64,000 bases of DNA from an uncultured delta proteobacterium (GCA_963755125.1 CAVWIP010000007.1:96001-160000); one strand, 5' to 3'. Shown: positions 22,115 through 34,791, numbered from the stretch's first letter. Program-made: numbers and translations. The notes: generated by a model from the sequence alone, not told the origin.

Positions 22115-23059
22115 CTAGCGCGTTTTCAGCAGGGCGCGAGGGTGGGAACGATCGTAGACGGCCATCAGGTGATCGATGTCGACCTGAGCATAGCGCTGGG
22201 TGGTGCGCAGGCTGGCATGGCCGAGCAGTTCCTGGATGGAGCGAAGATCGGCGCCTTCGCCGAGGAGATGGGTGGCGAAGCTATGGCGCAAGGCGTGGGG
22301 CGACACGCGACGGACGCCGGTATGGATCTCACGCCGATCCAGCTTGCGGCGCGCCTCGCGATCGCCCAGGCGCCGACCCCGCCGCGACAGGAACAGGGCC
22401 TCACCGTCGACCGACCCGGCCACGTGGCCGGCGAGCAGGGCACCACGCAACGGCAGGTACGCCTGGATCGCATCCCAGCCCTTGGACCCGAGCGGCACAA
22501 TGCGGTCTTTGCGGCCTTTGCCCTGGCGAACCGTGATGCGCGCGCCAGCGCCATCCGGTACCACGTCGGAGAGGTCCAGGTGGCAGGCCTCCGAGATGCG
22601 CAGGCCCGCGCCGTACAACACTTCCAGCAACGCCTGGTCGCGGGCGCACTCAGTAGCCTGGACCGCGTCGTCGCCCGCCGGTTCGAGCAACCGCGAGGCC
22701 TCGTCCTTGCCCAGGAAGGCGGGCAGTTGCGGCCGGCGCTTGGGTCCGCGCAGGCCCGCCACAGGACTGCCTGCAAGCAGCTTGCGTCGCACCAGCAGCC
22801 GGAAGAAGGTCTTCATCGCCGACAGCTTGCGGCCCACGGTGGCGGGATCGTTGCGGCCGTGCAGGCTGGCCAGATACGAACGACACACCTGGGTGGAGAA
22901 ATCCGTCGGGGTTAGCGCTGGCGGGGCACCCACGCCCCGCACGCTGCGGGCGTGGGCGAACAGCTCATCGAGATCGTTGAGGTAGGCCCGCAGGGTGTGG
23001 GCCGAGGCGCGCTTTTCGCTGGCCAGGTGCTGGCGAAAAAGCTCGAGCAGCGGTTCCAT
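22115..23059 (-). CDS. xerC: Tyrosine recombinase XerC
   Basis: [29 protein letters not shown] and [13 protein letters not shown]. Its position upstream of hslV is canonical. Confidence 0.92.
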   Translation of the reverse strand: MEPLLELFRQHLASEKRASAHTLRAYLNDLDELFAHARSVRGVGAPPALTPTDFSTQVCRSYLASLHGRNDPATVGRKLSAMKTFFRLLVRRKLLAGSPVAGLRGPKRRPQLPAFLGKDEASRLLEPAGDDAVQATECARDQALLEVLYGAGLRISEACHLDLSDVVPDGAGARITVRQGKGRKDRIVPLGSKGWDAIQAYLPLRGALLAGHVAGSVDGEALFLSRRGRRLGDREARRKLDRREIHTGVRRVSPHALRHSFATHLLGEGADLRSIQELLGHASLRTTQRYAQVDIDHLMAVYDRSHPRALLKTR

Positions 23060-23127
23060 CCCCTAGGATGCTAGCGCTGTCCCGATGAACGCGCGAATTA
23101 CATGGTAGCCTGAGTTTGGCACAGTCC

Positions 23128-24564
23128 ATGGCTTCAACTCCTCGCGATTTCCAGAGCGCCGACCGCCTCGATACCCACCGCAAGGCGCTCTACATCAACC
23201 TGGACGAGCGCCGCTACGGAACCTTTGCCGAGATCGGCGCGGGTCAGGAGGTGGCGCGCTGGTTCTTCCGGGTGGGCGGCGCCGCCGGCACCATCGCCAA
23301 GAGCACTTCAGCTTACGACATGGCGGTCAGCGACGCCATCTACGGCCACACCGAGCGCTACGTGTCGCGCGAGCGGCTGCAGCGCATGCTCGACTACGAG
23401 CACGAGAAGAACCTGACCCGGCTGAGCGCGGCCCGCGGCGAGAGCACCGCGTTCTTCGTGTTCGCCGACACGGTGGCGGCCAAGAGCTTTCGCAACGACA
23501 AAGACTGCCACGGCTGGATGGGGCTCAAGTTCCAGAGTCATCCTCGCGACGAGGAGAGCCAGATCGTGCTGCACGTGCGCATGTTGGATGGGGAAGCGCA
23601 GCTGCAGCAGGAGGCGCTGGGCGTGGCCGGCGTGAACCTGATGTATGGCGCCTTCTTCCTGCACCACGAGCCCGAGCTGCTGGTCGAGTCTTTGCTCGAC
23701 AATCTGTCCACCCGGCGCATCGAGATCGACATGATCGAGTTCTCGGGCATCGAGTTTCGCCACGTCGACAACCGCCTGATGAGCCTGAAGCTGGTGCAGC
23801 TTGGGCTGTCGCAGGCCGCCATGTTCAGCGCCAAGGGTGAGGTGCTGCAACCCAGCGAGGTTCTGCACAAGAAACCGGTGCTGGTGGAGCGCGGCACCTT
23901 CCGGCCCGTGACCAAGGTCAACATCGACATGCTCGAGTCCGCGCGTGCGAGTTTTGCCAAGGCGCTGGGCGAGCCCGATGACACCATCGTGGAGTTGGCA
24001 GAGATCACTATGCGCAATCTGCTCACCGAGGAGGGTGAGATCGATCCGCGGGATTTCCTGGCGCGCGCCGATGTGCTGGCGGCCGCCGGCAAGACGGTGC
24101 TCATCTCCGACTACTTCGAATACTATCGCCTGGCCACCTACCTGCGCCGCTGCACCCCAGAGGCCATCGCCATCGTCTTGGGCGCGGGCAGTCTGGTCCA
24201 GTTGCTCGACGAGAAGTACTACGGTGATCTCGGCGGCGGCATCCTGGAAGCGTTCGGCCAGCTCTTCCAGAAGAACCTGACCGTCTACGTGTATCCCTGG
24301 CTCGATCCGGCCAGCAACAAGCTCAACACCGTGTCGAATCTGGACGTGGCCCCAGAGCTGCGCAAGCTGTACGGATACCTGGTGGAGCGAGGCTCGATCG
24401 TGCAACTGGAAAACTACGATCCGCACATCCTCCACATCTTCACGCCCGAGGTGCTCCGCCGCATCAAGGATGCCGACGCGAGTTGGGAGGACATGGTGCC
24501 GCCCGAAATCGCCGAGGTGATCAAGCGCCGCGGGTTCTTCAACTATCGGCCGAGTTCGGCTTGA
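23128..24564 (+). CDS. Conserved protein: CinA/PncC-like N-domain + nucleotidyltransferase-like C-domain
   Basis: N-domain AEIGAGQEVARWFFRVGGAAGTIAKS..AYD resembles CinA. C-domain ERGTFRPVTKVN and WEDMVPPEIAEVIKRRGFF resembles NadD. Long ORF with strong GC3 bias. Confidence 0.7.
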   Translation: MASTPRDFQSADRLDTHRKALYINLDERRYGTFAEIGAGQEVARWFFRVGGAAGTIAKSTSAYDMAVSDAIYGHTERYVSRERLQRMLDYEHEKNLTRLSAARGESTAFFVFADTVAAKSFRNDKDCHGWMGLKFQSHPRDEESQIVLHVRMLDGEAQLQQEALGVAGVNLMYGAFFLHHEPELLVESLLDNLSTRRIEIDMIEFSGIEFRHVDNRLMSLKLVQLGLSQAAMFSAKGEVLQPSEVLHKKPVLVERGTFRPVTKVNIDMLESARASFAKALGEPDDTIVELAEITMRNLLTEEGEIDPRDFLARADVLAAAGKTVLISDYFEYYRLATYLRRCTPEAIAIVLGAGSLVQLLDEKYYGDLGGGILEAFGQLFQKNLTVYVYPWLDPASNKLNTVSNLDVAPELRKLYGYLVERGSIVQLENYDPHILHIFTPEVLRRIKDADASWEDMVPPEIAEVIKRRGFFNYRPSSA

Positions 24565-24636
24565 AATCTCGACGGCGCTTGACGACCCTTGCCCGCAGAG
24601 AAGTTCTAGGGCGGGGGATCTGGTATCCTGGCGATC

Positions 24637-25422
24637 ATGTCCGCGCCGCTCGCTGCCGCCGGGGGCCCATCGACGGTCTGTCTGACCCTGGACCTCGACT
24701 GGGCGCCGGACCACGTGCTCGAGGACACGCGGCTTCTCCTGCAGCAGGTCGGTTTGCCCGTGACCATCTTTGCCACCCACCAGAGCCCGGGGGCGGCGGC
24801 CTTGCTGGCCTTGCCCGACTGCGAGACGGGCGTGCATCCCAATTTTCTGGGCGGCGCTGACCAGGACGCGGTGCTGACCAGGCTGCTGACTGCGTTCCCC
24901 ACAGCGGTAGGGGTGCGCAGCCACGAGTTGTACTTTGATTCACGCTTGCTGCCGCTCTTCCAGCGCAAGGGTGTTGGTTACTTCTCCAACGATCTCATGT
25001 TCCTGCATTCCGGGCTGGCGCCGTACTACGACTGGAGCGGACTTGTACGTCTGCCGCTCTTTTGGGAGGACGACGTTCACTGCCTCTACTTCGACGGTCG
25101 CTTCGACTGTGCGGCGCTGCAGCTCGATCAGCCCGGTTTGAAGGTGCTGAACTTCCACCCGGTGCACCTTTACCTCAACACCCGCGAGATATCGGACTAC
25201 CAGGCGGCCAAGCCGGTCCTGGCCGATCCGGCGGTCGCGCGCAATCTCCGGCGCGACGGCCCCGGCATCCGCACTCTGTTTCTCGATGTGGCAGGTCGGC
25301 TGCGCGGCGTGGAGATGCGGACGCTGGGCGCTATCGCCGAGGAATTTCGCGCGGCCCATGGCTTCGAGGGCCGCACCGCCGAGCGCTTCGCGGACGAGGC
25401 CCGCAAGGAGCGCACGGCGTGA
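24637..25422 (+). CDS. Polysaccharide deacetylase-like protein (WbmS-like)
   Basis: LTLDLDWAPD, GVHPNF, GVRSH, PLFWEDD and LNFHPVH. Confidence 0.8.
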   Translation: MSAPLAAAGGPSTVCLTLDLDWAPDHVLEDTRLLLQQVGLPVTIFATHQSPGAAALLALPDCETGVHPNFLGGADQDAVLTRLLTAFPTAVGVRSHELYFDSRLLPLFQRKGVGYFSNDLMFLHSGLAPYYDWSGLVRLPLFWEDDVHCLYFDGRFDCAALQLDQPGLKVLNFHPVHLYLNTREISDYQAAKPVLADPAVARNLRRDGPGIRTLFLDVAGRLRGVEMRTLGAIAEEFRAAHGFEGRTAERFADEARKERTA

Positions 25423-26474
25423 GTCGGCGCCGGATTCTGGTGACCGGCACGGGCGGCCCGCTGGGCAGCAACCTGATCCGCTCCCTGCGCGCGGCGCCCG
25501 AGTCGCTGGATCTCTTGGGGACGGAAGCCAACCGCTATCACGTCCCGCTCTCTCTGGCCGATCGCACCTTTCTCATTCCCCACGCGCGTGACACCGACGG
25601 CTACCTCGCCGCCTTGGCCCGCATTGTCGCCGACGAGGCGATCGATCTCATCCTACCCACCCACCCCGTCGAGGTACGCACCATCGCCTGCCACCGCAGC
25701 GCGCTGGGTGGCGTGCGCCTGTTCTTGCCCGATAGCGACGCCGTGCTGTGCGCGGACTCCAAGTGGCAAACCTTCCGTACCTTGCGCGCGGCGGGCGTGC
25801 CCGTGCCCGACACCTTTGCCATCGATGGCGAGGACGACCTGCGCGCCGCCTTCGCCGCCATCCCCACGCGCCCGGTCTGGGTGCGCGGTTCGGGCGCGCC
25901 CGGCATCGGCATCGGCGTGGCGTCCTTGCCCTGCCGCGAGGTCGTGCACGCCATCGCTTGGGTCGATCATTACCGCGGCTGGGGTGGTTTTGTCGCCAGC
26001 CGTTTCTTGCCCGGGCGCAACCTCACCTGGTGCAGCCTGTTCCACGACGGCAATCTTGTCGCGGCGCAGACTCGCGAGCGGCTGGAGTACGTGATCCCGC
26101 ATGTCAGCCCGAGCGGCATCACCGGCGCGCCTGCCGTCAGCCGCACCATCGCGTACCCTCAGGTGCGCGCCACAGGCGAGGCAGCCGTGCGGGCCTTGCC
26201 AGGAACCCCGCGTGGGATCTTCTTCGTGGACATGACCGAGGACGAAGCCGGCCAGCCGCGGGTCACCGAGATCAATGCTGGTCGCTTCGGCACGACCATT
26301 CACTTCTACACCGAGGCGGGCTGCAACTTTCCCTATTGGGCGTTGCGGCTGGCGTTCGGCGAAAGCATCCCCGGCGCGCCGCTCATCGATCCCATTGTGC
26401 CCGGCGTGTACTGGCTGCGCACCCTCGACTGTGGCCCGGTGCTGGCGCGCGATCTGGACGGGCCCGGCCAATGA
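25419..26474 (+). CDS. ATP-grasp carboxylate-amine ligase
   Basis: ILVTGTGGPLG N-domain, DSKWQT, GVPVPDT, FLPG and TEINAGRF. GTGA overlap with the upstream gene. Confidence 0.83.
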   Translation: MSRRRILVTGTGGPLGSNLIRSLRAAPESLDLLGTEANRYHVPLSLADRTFLIPHARDTDGYLAALARIVADEAIDLILPTHPVEVRTIACHRSALGGVRLFLPDSDAVLCADSKWQTFRTLRAAGVPVPDTFAIDGEDDLRAAFAAIPTRPVWVRGSGAPGIGIGVASLPCREVVHAIAWVDHYRGWGGFVASRFLPGRNLTWCSLFHDGNLVAAQTRERLEYVIPHVSPSGITGAPAVSRTIAYPQVRATGEAAVRALPGTPRGIFFVDMTEDEAGQPRVTEINAGRFGTTIHFYTEAGCNFPYWALRLAFGESIPGAPLIDPIVPGVYWLRTLDCGPVLARDLDGPGQ

Positions 26475-27847
26475 CCGGGACACCTGCCGTCGTCATCTTG
26501 GACCTGGACGGCGTCCTTCTCGACCTTCACTTGGACAGCGCGCGGGTGCGCCGCAAGGTGAACGCCATCCTGGCTCCTACCGGTATCAGTGTCGAGGGCA
26601 AGGGCTTGCTCAGCGGCATCGAAGCGGCGTGCGCGGAACTTGGTGCACGCGACGCCGAGGCGGGCGCCCGCCTGGCAGCCCGCTTGTGGGCGGTGGTCGA
26701 CGAGGAGGAAACCCGGTGCGCCCCGGACTGCTCGATCCATCCCGGGGCACGCGCCCTGCTGGAGCGTCTCGACGGGCTTCCGCTCGCGCTGTACACCAAC
26801 AACCACCACGCCGCTGCGCTGGCAGCCCTGCGCGTTGTCGGGATCGATTCGGCGCGCTTTTTTGCCATCCAGGCGCGCACGGGTGCCACATCGATCAAGC
26901 CGGCCGCAGCACCGGTGCTCGCGATTCTCTCGGCGCCCGAAGCAGCCGCCGTCGAGCGTGTGTTCCTGGTCGGTGATCACCCTGCGGACATGGGTTCAGC
27001 CTTGGCAGCACGTCAGGCCGCGCCTGGGCCTGTGGTCGTCGCCATCGGGCACGCGCATTCCATGACTGATGTGCCGCGCTTGGAATTGGCCGGAGCGGAC
27101 TTCGTAGTCACTGAAGTCAGCGAGGCCGCGGACTTGGTTCGCGCCCCGCGCAGTCCGCACACCCTGTCCATGGTGCTGCTGGCCTGGAACGAGGAGGCAT
27201 CCATCGGGGCGGCCGTGCGCGACTGCCGGCGCGTCGGCCGCCTGTGGCTTTCCGGCTACGAGATCATCGTGGTCGACGACGGCTCTCGCGATGGCACCGC
27301 GGCCCAGGCCGAGGCCGCCAGCGAGGGTGACGTGCGGGTCGTGCGCCACGCGCACAATTTGGGTATGGGCGCGGCCATGCGTAGCGGATACGCCGCAGCC
27401 CGTTGCGAGTACATCGCTCACCTTCCCGCCGACCGTCAGGTCCGCCCGCAGTCGCTGCTGGCTTTCTTGCCGCGGGTCACGCCCGACACCACCGCGGTCA
27501 GCACCTACGTGGCGCCGCCCTCAGGCGAGCAGCGTCACCTCGTGTCGCTGGCTTTTCGGTTTGTGGTGCGGGCATTGGGCGGGCTGCGCGTGAACTTCGC
27601 CGGCACTTACGTCTTTCACCGGCACTGGCTCGATACGATCGCTCTGGCCACTGTGCGCAGCGAGACCTTCCTGTTCAGCTTCGAGTTGCTGGAGCGGTTG
27701 CGCCAGGCGGGCAGCCGCTTCGCCTCGGTCCGCATTCGTCCATTCGTGCGCGAAGTGGGACAGAGCCGCGAAGTGGCCTTGCGGCGGATGGTGCGCGTGT
27801 TCGGCGAGATTGCTCGCTACCGGATACGTAGCCTCACGTCGACCTGA
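26471..27847 (+). CDS. HAD hydrolase - GT2 glycosyltransferase fusion
   Basis: HAD motifs DLDGVLLD, TNN, IKP and VGDHPAD, then GT2 motifs LAWNEEASI, IIVVDDGSRDGT and NLGMGAA. ATGA overlap. Confidence 0.85.
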   Translation: MTGTPAVVILDLDGVLLDLHLDSARVRRKVNAILAPTGISVEGKGLLSGIEAACAELGARDAEAGARLAARLWAVVDEEETRCAPDCSIHPGARALLERLDGLPLALYTNNHHAAALAALRVVGIDSARFFAIQARTGATSIKPAAAPVLAILSAPEAAAVERVFLVGDHPADMGSALAARQAAPGPVVVAIGHAHSMTDVPRLELAGADFVVTEVSEAADLVRAPRSPHTLSMVLLAWNEEASIGAAVRDCRRVGRLWLSGYEIIVVDDGSRDGTAAQAEAASEGDVRVVRHAHNLGMGAAMRSGYAAARCEYIAHLPADRQVRPQSLLAFLPRVTPDTTAVSTYVAPPSGEQRHLVSLAFRFVVRALGGLRVNFAGTYVFHRHWLDTIALATVRSETFLFSFELLERLRQAGSRFASVRIRPFVREVGQSREVALRRMVRVFGEIARYRIRSLTST

Positions 27848-28028
27848 GGGATGCGCGGCGGCGGTGGCCGCGGCGGAGTGCCAGCGCGGCCGTGGAGCTG
27901 GCGGCTTTGGCGAAGGCGATCCCACAGACCGAGCGAAAGGGCCGGTCACGCCCAGGCAAGCGAGGAATTGCCATGGTCGTGGATGGCGCGGCTGCAGCCG
28001 CTGCCCGCAGCGCCATCCGCCGGTCAGG

Positions 28029-30459
<2,431 letters not shown>

Positions 30460-30470
<11 letters not shown>

Positions 30471-31350
30471 GTCGAATCACCTCGTATTGGTTGCCCGGGA
30501 TCCTGCAGAGCCAGCCGTCCAACTCGGCCTCGACGAGTGCCGCCATCACCGCCGGCAAGGGCAAGCCGATCTTTCGGCTGAGCGCGGCTGGCGTGGCCGC
30601 TCCCTCGCGCAGGGCCGCCACCAGCGATGCGACGGTTCCGGCCGGCGGCTGGTCCTGGTCCGAAGACGCAGGCCCACGTCCGTCCAGCACGTCCTCGACC
30701 TCGGCCGCCGAGCTGACGGGCCAAGCCTGTTCCCTTTGCAGCAGTGAAGCGGTGCCGGAACTGCCGGGAACCGCCAGCACCGGTCTGCCCAACGATCGCG
30801 CCAGAGCAGCGGTGATGAGCGCGCCTGAACGGTAGGCGGCCTCCACCACAATCACCGCATCCCCCAGCGCCGCGATGATGCGGTTGCGCGCGGGGAACTG
30901 GCCGGCGCGCGGCGGCGTTCCCAGCGCATACTCCGACAGCAGACCGCCTGTGGCCACGATACGCGAGAAGAGCGGGCCATGACGGTCGGGGTACGTCACG
31001 TCGACGCCACAACCGAGAACCGCGAAGGTTGGAGCGGCAGCGGCTGTCAGCGCTCCCTCATGGGCAGCGGCATCGATGCCGAACGCACCGCCGGAGATGA
31101 TGACGATACCCTTGCCAGACAGATCTCTCGCGAGCTCTCTCGCGCGCGCGCAGCCGGCGCCGCTGGCCGCGCGTGCACCCACCACGGCGACCGCACGCGC
31201 ACCGTTTGCTGGCACGCGACCGCGCACCCATAGGACAGCGGGCGCATCGGAGAGAGCCAGGAGTCGCTGCGGATACCCCTCGTCCCCGCGTACGATCTGG
31301 ACAGCAGCTTGACGTGTGTCCTGTTCTGGCGGCCTGCGCATGGGCAGCAT
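30460..31350 (-). CDS. dprA: DNA-processing protein DprA (short form)
   Basis: AVVGAR, ISGGAFGIDAAAH, FPARNRIIA and VEAAYRSGALITA, with a C-terminal winged helix. Start uncertain (31341, 31350 or 31398). Confidence 0.92.
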
Positions 31351-31488
31351 GATCTGTCTTGTCGGACGAGAATCACGCAGGTTGTCTGCCGCATGCATCG
31401 GGAAGGCAAGCTGATAGCGCCAGCCCGACGGAAGATCAAGCGGCGGCAGAAAAAGCCAAAGAAATCAAAGAGGTTGCAAGGGAGAGAC

Positions 31489-32835
31489 CTAGTAGCCTTT
31501 ACGCATCTCGGTGGTTTCGCCCACACGCAGCTCTTTTGAACTGCGTGCAATCCACGCCACCGAGGCGTTGTCGCGTACATCGATCACCCATAGCTCACCC
31601 ACCACTTCCTTGGGCGACTCCGGGTCCATGTACTCCCAAGCCTCCAGCATCCCTCGGTAGCCATCACCGCGCCTGACCACGAAATTGCGATTGCCAATCT
31701 GGACGCCATCGCGCCGGCCCCGGTTCAGGACCACGAAGCGCTCGCTGGCGAGAAACTCCTCGGCCGTGAATGCTGCCACCACGCGCGCCTCCAAGTTGAC
31801 GTCACTCGGGCGCGGCTCGATGCGCTTGAACTGCCGAATGGCGCTGCTGACCCGGGCACCGCGCTCGATGCCGTCGATCACGTCCGTGATCGTCCCGCGG
31901 GCGATGTCAGCGCCCGCGATCTGCTCGACCACGATGTCGCCGAGCACCTTGATCAGGTAGCCATAGACTTTGCCCGTATCGGGATCTTTGACCGGATGGT
32001 CAGTGTCGGTTTCAAAGACAGAATAGCGTTCGCCGGCGCGCAGGGGCCGGTCCTTGGGAAAACGCAGGTAAGCCTGGTCGCCGGAGGAGAGAATCACTTT
32101 CTCTTCGCGCGAACCGCTCACCGTGGCGCTTTGGGCGAGGTCTCGGGCTTCGATGAACCCGATTTCGCGCAACACCACCGCATTGCTGGACAGGGCAGCC
32201 AGGCGCTCAGACGAGAACGAGCGACCGGAGTCCTTGGTCGCCGTTTCACCGCCGGCAAAAGCAGCGCTGCCTTCGCTCCCGGACAGCCCGAGCCGAATCA
32301 CGTCGCCCGGGAAGATCCAGTGCGGGTTGGTGACGAGCGGGTTGGCGGCCCACAAGCGAGGCCAGCGCCACGGGTCGGCGAAGTATTTCGAGCACAGGCT
32401 CCACAGTGTGTCGCCCTTTTGCACCACGTGAAGCTCGGGGACCTGTCCTGTGCCTTGCCCAGCCGCGGTCTCGCGTGCGCCTCCCTCGTCTTCGCTCCCC
32501 GAATCGATCCCTATGACACCCCCGGGAGGTGCCAGACCCGCAGAGGTGTTCTCCAGCCGCTTTGTGTTTGCATCCTTGCCGGTGTCGCCAATGGTCTGCG
32601 ACCCCTTGCGGCTGCTGTGCTGGCCCGCCGGAGCAAGGGTTGGGATGGACGCGGTGTCTGGCGCGGCAGTGTCTGGCGCGGCGGTGTCCGGCAACGCCAG
32701 TTGATCAGGCGCGCTCTTCAAGTCCTGGACCTGCGGCGGGATGCGGGTTGTCCCCCAGGTCTGGGCTGAAACAGCAGCCGGAAGTGACGCCGCCAATGTG
32801 GCGGAAAACAGGGCATGGAGATGAACTAGCCTCAC
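31489..32835 (-). CDS. Secreted LysM-domain protein, TsaP-like
   Basis: Signal peptide and LysM HVVQKGDTLWSL..WPRLWAANP..NPHWIFPGD. Adjacent to dprA, as TsaP-family genes usually are. Confidence 0.8.
   Translation of the reverse strand: MRLVHLHALFSATLAASLPAAVSAQTWGTTRIPPQVQDLKSAPDQLALPDTAAPDTAAPDTASIPTLAPAGQHSSRKGSQTIGDTGKDANTKRLENTSAGLAPPGGVIGIDSGSEDEGGARETAAGQGTGQVPELHVVQKGDTLWSLCSKYFADPWRWPRLWAANPLVTNPHWIFPGDVIRLGLSGSEGSAAFAGGETATKDSGRSFSSERLAALSSNAVVLREIGFIEARDLAQSATVSGSREEKVILSSGDQAYLRFPKDRPLRAGERYSVFETDTDHPVKDPDTGKVYGYLIKVLGDIVVEQIAGADIARGTITDVIDGIERGARVSSAIRQFKRIEPRPSDVNLEARVVAAFTAEEFLASERFVVLNRGRRDGVQIGNRNFVVRRGDGYRGMLEAWEYMDPESPKEVVGELWVIDVRDNASVAWIARSSKELRVGETTEMRKGY
32651..32692. 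repeat. 15-bp tandem repeat (about 3 units) encoding PDTAA
   Basis: GCGGTGTCTGGCGCG / GCAGTGTCTGGCGCG / GCGGTGTCCGGC. Confidence 0.8.
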
Positions 32836-33803
32836 GGGGCCTCCTCGGGAGCGTGCGCAGTCTTGGCGGGTGGGTCGGCAAGGGGATGGGCATCGTGCGA
32901 GGGGTGCGCGGCCCCCGAACGATCGAGCTCAGCCAGGCGAGTGGTTGCCAGGGCGGCGGTTTCGTGTCGCGGATAGGACCGGACAAGTTGTTCGAGGGTC
33001 TGCTTGCCAGCGTCGATGCTGCCGAGAGCGAGATAGCTGTAGCCGACTTTGAGCAAGGCGTCGGGGACCTTGTTGCCGTGGGGAAAGCGCTCGACCACGC
33101 GACGGAACTCTCGCACAGCGGAGGAGAAATCTTTCGTGTCGTAGTAGCACTCACCCAGCCAGTACTGGGCATTGTCAGCCAGATCATGCGCGGCGTAGCG
33201 CCGCAAGAATTCGCGAAACCCTTCCGCAGCGCCGTCATGATTGCCCTGGCGAAGTGCCTCGTATGATCGACGGTATAGCCTGAAGGCCTCCATGTCAGCG
33301 CCGCGGCTCGTGCGGCCGCCACCTGACCCCTGGCCCTCGCGACTTGCATGGCCTGCGCGCTCTTCATCCTCGGCTACAGGATGTTCCACTAGCATGGGCG
33401 CGTGCTCGCCATGCAGGCGAAGAACCGGCCGACTGCTGCTCGACTTGGCCGCCTCGCCCGCGTACTCCACCTCCGTTTCGGCCGCCACCATCGTGGTGGC
33501 AGGAGCCATTGCCACAGCGGTGTCCGGCACGGCTGAATCATTCTCCGGATGCAGCTTCACAGTAGGAAGTTGCGGCGTCGCCACTTTTTGCTCGTTGACC
33601 TTCCGGCTGTCGAGCTGGTCCTTCAAAATGAACACGCGATTCTCCAGCTCCTCAACCTGCTTGGCGTACTCTGCGTTCTGAGCCCGTAGCGATTCGATGC
33701 TTCGGTTGAGCTGATCCATCGTGGCCTGCTCGGGCCCTCGATGAGCACAGGCGGCCAGCAGCCCCGCGGCTGCTAGTCCTATGGCGCGCTTAGCAAACGA
33801 CAT
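32832..33803 (-). CDS. ybgF: Tol-Pal-associated TPR lipoprotein YbgF/CpoB-like
   Basis: Lipobox LAAC, coiled coil, then LADNAQYWLGE and FPHGNKVPDALLK. Confidence 0.85.
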   Translation of the reverse strand: MSFAKRAIGLAAAGLLAACAHRGPEQATMDQLNRSIESLRAQNAEYAKQVEELENRVFILKDQLDSRKVNEQKVATPQLPTVKLHPENDSAVPDTAVAMAPATTMVAAETEVEYAGEAAKSSSSRPVLRLHGEHAPMLVEHPVAEDEERAGHASREGQGSGGGRTSRGADMEAFRLYRRSYEALRQGNHDGAAEGFREFLRRYAAHDLADNAQYWLGECYYDTKDFSSAVREFRRVVERFPHGNKVPDALLKVGYSYLALGSIDAGKQTLEQLVRSYPRHETAALATTRLAELDRSGAAHPSHDAHPLADPPAKTAHAPEEAP

Positions 33804-33856
33804 GCTCGATCACCAAGGGATCATAGTGTCGTTCGGCAGTTTGGTACAAAAACTGA

Positions 33857-34780
33857 CTAGCCAAACTCGGCGAGGATACGATCAGCACCGCGCGCTAAAA
33901 GCGCCTCGGCAAGTGCCCGACCAAGGGCGGCGGCGGTAGACGGCGGTCCGGTGACATGCTCGAAGAGCATATTCGTGCCGTCGGGGCGCCCGACTAGGCC
34001 CGATACCTCCAGTTTCCCGTGCTGCACTCTGGCGATTCCTGCCACGGGCGTGCGACACCCGGCACCCAGGCGGTGCAGGAGAGCGCGCTCGGCCGCGACG
34101 GTGACCTCCGCCTCTTCGCTCGCCAGCGGGCGACAGAGAAGGCGCATGGGTTCGTCTGCGGTTCGGATTTCAATCGCCAGTGCGCCTTGCCCAATGGCCG
34201 GGAGCATGCGCTCGACCGGAATCCGCTCGGCAACGTGTTGGGACAGGCCGAGACGGTCCAGACCCGCACAGGCAAGAATGGCCGCGTCGACGAGCCCGTC
34301 GGCCACCTTGCGCAGACGGGTGTCGAGGTTGCCGCGCAAAGGCTCCAGCCGCAGGTCCGACCGCAGTGCCTTGACCTGGCAGATCCGGCGCAGGCTGGTC
34401 GTACCCACGCGTGCGCCCCGTGGCAGGTCGACAAGGGCGGCCCCGTCGTGGCTGACCAGGGCGTCGCGCACGTCGGCGCGGGCGGGGATTGCGGCCAGAT
34501 CGAGCCCAGGGGCCAGTTCGGTGGGCACATCCTTCAGGCTGTGAACCGCAAGATCGATCTCGCTCGCGAGAAGGGCCGCCTCAATCTCCTTGACCCACAC
34601 TGCCTTGCCACCTGCCTCCCACACCGGCCCGTGTGGCGTCCGATCCCCGGTGGTGACGATGATAGTGCGCTCGACCACCAGCCCGGGATGGGCCGCCCGC
34701 AGCAGATCGGCGACGTGGTCGGCCTGCCAGAGTGCAAGGGCGCTGCCCCTCGTGCCGATGACAACGCGATCGGGGCCCAC
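33857..34780 (-). CDS. hemC: Hydroxymethylbilane synthase
   Basis: IGTRGSALALWQA, AVHSLKDVP, GTTSLRR, RGNLDTRL, PAIGQGAL and GCRTP. Confidence 0.97.
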   Translation of the reverse strand: MGPDRVVIGTRGSALALWQADHVADLLRAAHPGLVVERTIIVTTGDRTPHGPVWEAGGKAVWVKEIEAALLASEIDLAVHSLKDVPTELAPGLDLAAIPARADVRDALVSHDGAALVDLPRGARVGTTSLRRICQVKALRSDLRLEPLRGNLDTRLRKVADGLVDAAILACAGLDRLGLSQHVAERIPVERMLPAIGQGALAIEIRTADEPMRLLCRPLASEEAEVTVAAERALLHRLGAGCRTPVAGIARVQHGKLEVSGLVGRPDGTNMLFEHVTGPPSTAAALGRALAEALLARGADRILAEFG

Positions 34781-34791
34781 GCGACGATCTT

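Noticed and set aside
22115..23059. Tyrosine recombinase as a phage or island integrase
   Set aside because: Its size, motifs and position next to hslV fit housekeeping XerC. I saw no att sites or dif-like sequence.
25748..26470. N-terminal extensions given by the ORF track (also 4980, 6251, 18861, 25062, 39215, 51230, 61208)
   Set aside because: They overlap neighbouring genes or promoters; downstream starts with SD or stop-start coupling fit better.
27848..28028. c-di-GMP riboswitch or 6S/SRP RNA
   Set aside because: Only fragmentary resemblance; the core motifs are missing and the region lies between convergent 3' ends.
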